DNA of 64,000 bases from Candidatus Berkelbacteria bacterium (lineage in GTDB: Bacteria; Patescibacteriota; UBA1384; JACPKC01): NCBI GenBank assembly GCA_016187225.1, contig JACPKC010000010.1, positions 234,283-298,282 on the forward strand. Reading direction: 5' to 3'. Positions 60,316-64,000 of the stretch are shown in pieces. The translations under genes were made by a program, and so were the position numbers. Each line of letters opens with the position of its first letter. Positions within the stretch are counted from its first letter, which is position 1. The notes below the pieces were generated by a model that saw nothing but the letters and a program-made list of their open reading frames with translations, ran no database searches and was not told the DNA's origin.

Positions 60316-61206
60316 ATGCCTAACTTTGTCTTTTTCGGTAGCCCTAATTTTGCCGCAACAATTCTTGAAACTCTGATGGATCAAACTTGGCGACCAACTT
60401 TAGTTGTAACAGAGCCGCCCAAACCAACTGGACGGGGCAACAACTTGAGATTAACCGCAGTTCACATTTTAGCAGATTCCGCCAAAATTTCAGTTGCAAC
60501 CCCTGCCACCACCCCAGAACTATTATCTGTTCTTGAGGGTCAAAGGTCTGACTTTTTCCTCGTTGCGGCCTACGGAAAAATTCTACCCCAATCAGTTCTT
60601 GACCTGCCTCGGTACGGAGCGATCAATATTCATGCCTCGCTTCTGCCTGCTTACCGTGGCGCGAGTCCTGTCCAAGCGGTAATTTCAAAAGGAGAGACGA
60701 GAACCGGAATCACATTTATGCTTATGGAAGCGGGACTCGATACCGGTCCGATCTTGCAAAGTTTTCCTGTTGCCATTCAACCCAACGACACTACTTCATC
60801 TTTAACTGATCGTCTCGCCCAAATTGCCGCTCAGACAGTTATTCCAACTTTAAGAAATTTTCTTACTCATAAAATCATGCCCCAACCCCAAGAGGAAGCG
60901 CGGGCGAGCACAACGCGAAAACTTACTAAAGAAAATGGCGAAATCCGGCTTACAGCTATTTCGCCGCGACAGCTTGACCGTCGGATACGCGCTTATACAC
61001 CTTGGCCAGGTGTTTACACTTTAGAATTTGGTAAACGCCTCAAGATCCTTGAAGGTCGGTTAGAGAGAGTTTGGTACTGCATTACCGAACTTCAATGGGC
61101 GGGAAAAACAGCGATCGATGGCAAAAGTTTTGCGCTTGCTTATCCGAATATCTTGACGAAATTACCCAAAACCATTAAACTCGGTGCCAGTTTCAAGAAA
61201 CGCTAG
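60316..61206 (+). CDS. fmt: Methionyl-tRNA formyltransferase
   Basis: FFGSPNFA, AAYGKI, NIHASLLPAYRGASP, GLDTGP. Confidence 0.97.
   Translation: MPNFVFFGSPNFAATILETLMDQTWRPTLVVTEPPKPTGRGNNLRLTAVHILADSAKISVATPATTPELLSVLEGQRSDFFLVAAYGKILPQSVLDLPRYGAINIHASLLPAYRGASPVQAVISKGETRTGITFMLMEAGLDTGPILQSFPVAIQPNDTTSSLTDRLAQIAAQTVIPTLRNFLTHKIMPQPQEEARASTTRKLTKENGEIRLTAISPRQLDRRIRAYTPWPGVYTLEFGKRLKILEGRLERVWYCITELQWAGKTAIDGKSFALAYPNILTKLPKTIKLGASFKKR
61153..61181 (+). promoter_or_regulatory. Promoter of rpsP-khpA-trmD inside fmt 3' end
   Basis: TTGACG-17 bp-TAAACT. Confidence 0.6.
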
Positions 61207-61225
61207 CACTAGCAAGGAATTTACG

Positions 61226-61645
61226 ATGTTACGGATCCGCTTACGTCGAACTGGTAAAAAACATCAACCTCACTATCGTCTGGTTATTGCCGAACACACT
61301 GCCCCGATCAAGGGGAAATTCATTGCTGTAGTGGGTCATTACAACCCTCGTTCTAAAGAGCTAGTTCTCAAACAGGACGAAATTTTAAAATGGCTCGACA
61401 CAGGCGCTCAACCTTCAAATACCGTGGCTAAACTCTTAGTGCGTGATGGCATGAAGCACGCACAAATTAAGATTCGCCTCCACCCCGAATCGACAAAAAA
61501 ATCAGCCGAAACTGCTCCAAAAGAAAAAACAGAGATGAGCGCCGAACCCCAACGTCAAAAAAAATTAGATGCAAAGAAAATCGATTCTAAGGAGGAAAAA
61601 GAATCAGCTAAAGCCGAGAAAATCGAACCATCTGAAAGTAAATGA
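61226..61645 (+). CDS. rpsP: 30S ribosomal protein S16 with charged C-terminal extension
   Basis: Start ATG 61226; MLRIRLRRTGKK, GHYNP, WLDTGAQPSNTV. Confidence 0.97.
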   Translation: MLRIRLRRTGKKHQPHYRLVIAEHTAPIKGKFIAVVGHYNPRSKELVLKQDEILKWLDTGAQPSNTVAKLLVRDGMKHAQIKIRLHPESTKKSAETAPKEKTEMSAEPQRQKKLDAKKIDSKEEKESAKAEKIEPSESK

Positions 61646-61659
61646 AGAAAGGGAAATCT

Positions 61660-62061
61660 ATGGACAAAGATCAAGAATTTGTAGAGATGATTGTAAAAGC
61701 ACTCGTTGACAATCCAGATAAAGTTATTGTCGATCGCAAGGTTGATGAGCTCGGCGTCTTACTTACTTTGAGCGTTGATCCTTCGGATATGGGCAAGATC
61801 ATTGGCAAAGAAGGCCGAACGGCGAAAGCAATTCGGACTCTTTTGCGCGTTCTTGGCGCGCGAAATAACGCTCGGGTTAACCTGAAGATTGCTGAACCAG
61901 GGGGCGGTACATATACGCCTGATGAAATCAATCACGAACTCCCATCAACAACGGCGGCGCCAGTGACTCAAACAAGCTCAAATAGTGATTCTGTTACTCT
62001 AAACGATGACACCTCGCATAGAGACTCAATGCCGAGCGAGAATCCTACTTCAATCTTATAA
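61660..62061 (+). CDS. khpA: KH-domain RNA-binding protein KhpA
   Basis: IVKALVDNPD, DMGKIIGKEGRTAKAIRTL. Confidence 0.93.
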   Translation: MDKDQEFVEMIVKALVDNPDKVIVDRKVDELGVLLTLSVDPSDMGKIIGKEGRTAKAIRTLLRVLGARNNARVNLKIAEPGGGTYTPDEINHELPSTTAAPVTQTSSNSDSVTLNDDTSHRDSMPSENPTSIL

Positions 62062-62064
62062 GCG

Positions 62065-62727
62065 TTGAAATTCACGCTTCTTACCTTGTTCCCGGAAATG
62101 CTGGGGCCGTTTCTTGAAGGCTCGATTCTTGGTCGGGCAGTCAAGACCGGCATAATTGAGGTTGAAGTGCGCAACCTACGCGACTGGGCTCTGGGGAAAC
62201 ATAAAATTGTGGATGATGCCCCTTATGGTGGTGGCGCGGGAATGGTACTTAAGGTTGATGTGATCGATCGCGCGCTCAATGAACTTGCATCCAAAAAGGA
62301 TATTAAAATTTTGCTCACCCCTCAAGGCGAACGCTTCACTCAAAAAATAGCGGGAGAGCTTGCTGATTCTAAAAAACACCTGGTTTTAATTGCCGGCCAC
62401 TATGAAGGGTTTGATGAGCGTGTCCGAAAATTGGTTGATAGAGAAATTTCGATTGGTGATTATATTTTGACTGGTGGCGAGTTGCCTGCCGCAGTAATTG
62501 TCGATACTATTGCTCGCCTCGTTCCAGGTGTTCTTGGTAATCCCCGCTCTCTTGACTCTGAATCTCACAGTTCGCAAAGACATGATTTTCCCACCTATAC
62601 TCGCCCTGATGCCTACACGCCCGCAAGTAGACCAGAACTTGGCATTCTTTCAGTGCCAGATATTCTCAAATCCGGGAATCATGCCTCTATCAATGCCTGG
62701 CGTCTAAAACAAGCACAGCCGCGTTGA
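62065..62727 (+). CDS. trmD: tRNA (guanine37-N1)-methyltransferase
   Basis: VDDAPYGGGAGM, GHYEGFDER, SIGDYILTGGE. Confidence 0.98.
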   Translation: MKFTLLTLFPEMLGPFLEGSILGRAVKTGIIEVEVRNLRDWALGKHKIVDDAPYGGGAGMVLKVDVIDRALNELASKKDIKILLTPQGERFTQKIAGELADSKKHLVLIAGHYEGFDERVRKLVDREISIGDYILTGGELPAAVIVDTIARLVPGVLGNPRSLDSESHSSQRHDFPTYTRPDAYTPASRPELGILSVPDILKSGNHASINAWRLKQAQPR

Positions 62728-62752
62728 CACCAGGAGTCATCCCGAGTAAGAT
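62724..62752 (+). promoter_or_regulatory. Sigma70 promoter of the 62779 gene
   Basis: TTGACA-17 bp-TAAGAT. Confidence 0.7.
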
Positions 62753-62778
62753 TGATCCGTCGAGTTTATAGGAGGCTT

Positions 62779-63093
62779 ATGGATCAAACGCTAATTTTTG
62801 ATATTCTACACAGTGCGCATCATGACCTCGAATGCCCTGTTTGTGGTCGTCAGTTTAGCTTAGAAGAAATCAAAATTCGTGGTTCGATAGATAAAAATTT
62901 CTTAATTCAAGTTTCTTGTCATCGCGGCCATGCACCCAGTTTGATTCTCTACGTGGTTCAGTTGGGTCAAAAAAACAAGGACATCAAACGTATCTCGCCC
63001 GACGACGTCATTGACTTGCATCAGGCCCTTCAAAATTTTCAAGGCGATTTTAAATCGATTTTTCAAAAGCTAGAAACCAAAAAATCATCCTAG
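62779..63093 (+). CDS. Hypothetical zinc-ribbon protein
   Basis: GGAGG RBS; CPVC...CHRGH; C-terminal ISPDDVIDLHQALQNFQGDFKSIF. Confidence 0.75.
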   Translation: MDQTLIFDILHSAHHDLECPVCGRQFSLEEIKIRGSIDKNFLIQVSCHRGHAPSLILYVVQLGQKNKDIKRISPDDVIDLHQALQNFQGDFKSIFQKLETKKSS

Positions 63094-63143
63094 GAAAAAC
63101 CTATGACTAAAAATTTAAAGTTAACTTCTAAAGGAATTATGGA

Positions 63144-63857
63144 ATGAGCTCTAAAAAAGATATTGCCCTGCATGCCTTGGTGCGCGATTTAGCAAAGACT
63201 AAAGCATCTCACTTGAGGAACGAACAAAAGATTCCAGCGATTCTGTATGGCCATGAAGTTGAAAATGTCGCACTCACGTTGGATGCAAAATCATTTCGAA
63301 AAATATATCAAGATGCAGGCAGTAATACTCTAGTCACCCTAACTCGTGATAATGCTGATCCGGTTAAAATTCTGATTCATGATGTCCAATTCGATCCAGC
63401 CAAAGATGAAATTCTGCATGCCGATCTTTATGCCGTTAATCTTAAGGAAACTGTTGATACTGAAATCCCATTGCGATTCGTAGGAACAGCGCCAGCCGTT
63501 CGAGAACTTGAAGGTAATCTAATTACCTCGCTCACTGAATTTGAGGTGCGCGCCCTCCCAACCGACCTTGTGGATGCAATTGAAGTTGATATTGCAGTTT
63601 TGAAAACTTTTGACGACATGATCCATGTAAGTGATATTCAGGTACCAGTTGGGATCGAGATACTCAACGACGCCGACGCTGTAGTTGCGAGCGTTGAAGA
63701 GCCAATGAGCGAAGAAGAGCTCCAGGCGGAACTTGCGCAAGATACAACTGCGGTAGAAGCTGAAGCGGTTGAAAAACTCGATAAAGAGAAAGAAAAAGAA
63801 GTCGAGCAACCTGAAGCCAAGGAAGCCGATACTAAAGAAGAAAAACAGGAAAATTAA
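63144..63857 (+). CDS. rplY: 50S ribosomal protein L25/Ctc (long form)
   Basis: [23 protein letters not shown], acidic tail. Confidence 0.95.
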   Translation: MSSKKDIALHALVRDLAKTKASHLRNEQKIPAILYGHEVENVALTLDAKSFRKIYQDAGSNTLVTLTRDNADPVKILIHDVQFDPAKDEILHADLYAVNLKETVDTEIPLRFVGTAPAVRELEGNLITSLTEFEVRALPTDLVDAIEVDIAVLKTFDDMIHVSDIQVPVGIEILNDADAVVASVEEPMSEEELQAELAQDTTAVEAEAVEKLDKEKEKEVEQPEAKEADTKEEKQEN

Positions 63858-64000
63858 ACTGTTTTGTCAATACGCTTGATAGTCTCAACAAAGGCTTTGA
63901 GGGGTTGAGTCCCTAAATCTCCCTCGTCACGAGCGCGAACGGCAACTTGACGCGATTCAAGTTCTTTATCGCCTACAATAAGCATATAGGGGACTTTTTC
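63854..64000 (-). CDS. thrS: Threonyl-tRNA synthetase, 3' end (partial)
   Basis: Manual translation [30 protein letters not shown]...* is the ThrRS anticodon-binding tail; stop overlaps rplY stop. Confidence 0.88.
   Translation of the reverse strand, partial: EKVPYMLIVGDKELESRQVAVRARDEGDLGTQPLKAFVETIKRIDKTV

Overview
Core-genome window of a Patescibacteria (CPR)-type bacterium, genetic code 11. The lineage is inferred from the missing rpmD and rimM, a degenerate PriA, a CPR-style pilin and compact gene packing. The window holds the spc/S10 ribosomal-protein cluster (adk-secY...rplC), rpsJ-tuf-fusA-rpsG-rpsL-rpoC-rpoB, obgE, a LysM/M23 peptidase, cdaA-cdaR, infB and gyrBA. It also holds a small glycan locus, tRNA-Gln, RNase P RNA, uvrA, infC-rpmI-rplT, lspA, tRNA-Val, lepB, priA, def-fmt, rpsP-khpA-trmD, rplY and the 3' end of thrS. 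The S10 operon is split: about 11 kb separate rpsJ from rplC, including tRNA-Ala(GGC) and an AT-richer island integrated at its CCA end. That island is the most interesting part. A large serine recombinase has its 3' end (its own att site, core GAAATGGTGG) present in several copies: fused to the tRNA, inverted just upstream of the gene (124 bp, 3 mismatches), direct at 14.7 kb and decayed at 12.4 kb. Nested between these sites is a SLOG/LOG-PncB-Prs cassette bounded exactly by 61-bp perfect inverted repeats that look like inward-facing terminators. Further left lie intact and 5'-truncated cargo genes. This suggests a serine-recombinase-driven invertible and accreting cassette system. All calls were made by eye from motifs; no database searches were run.
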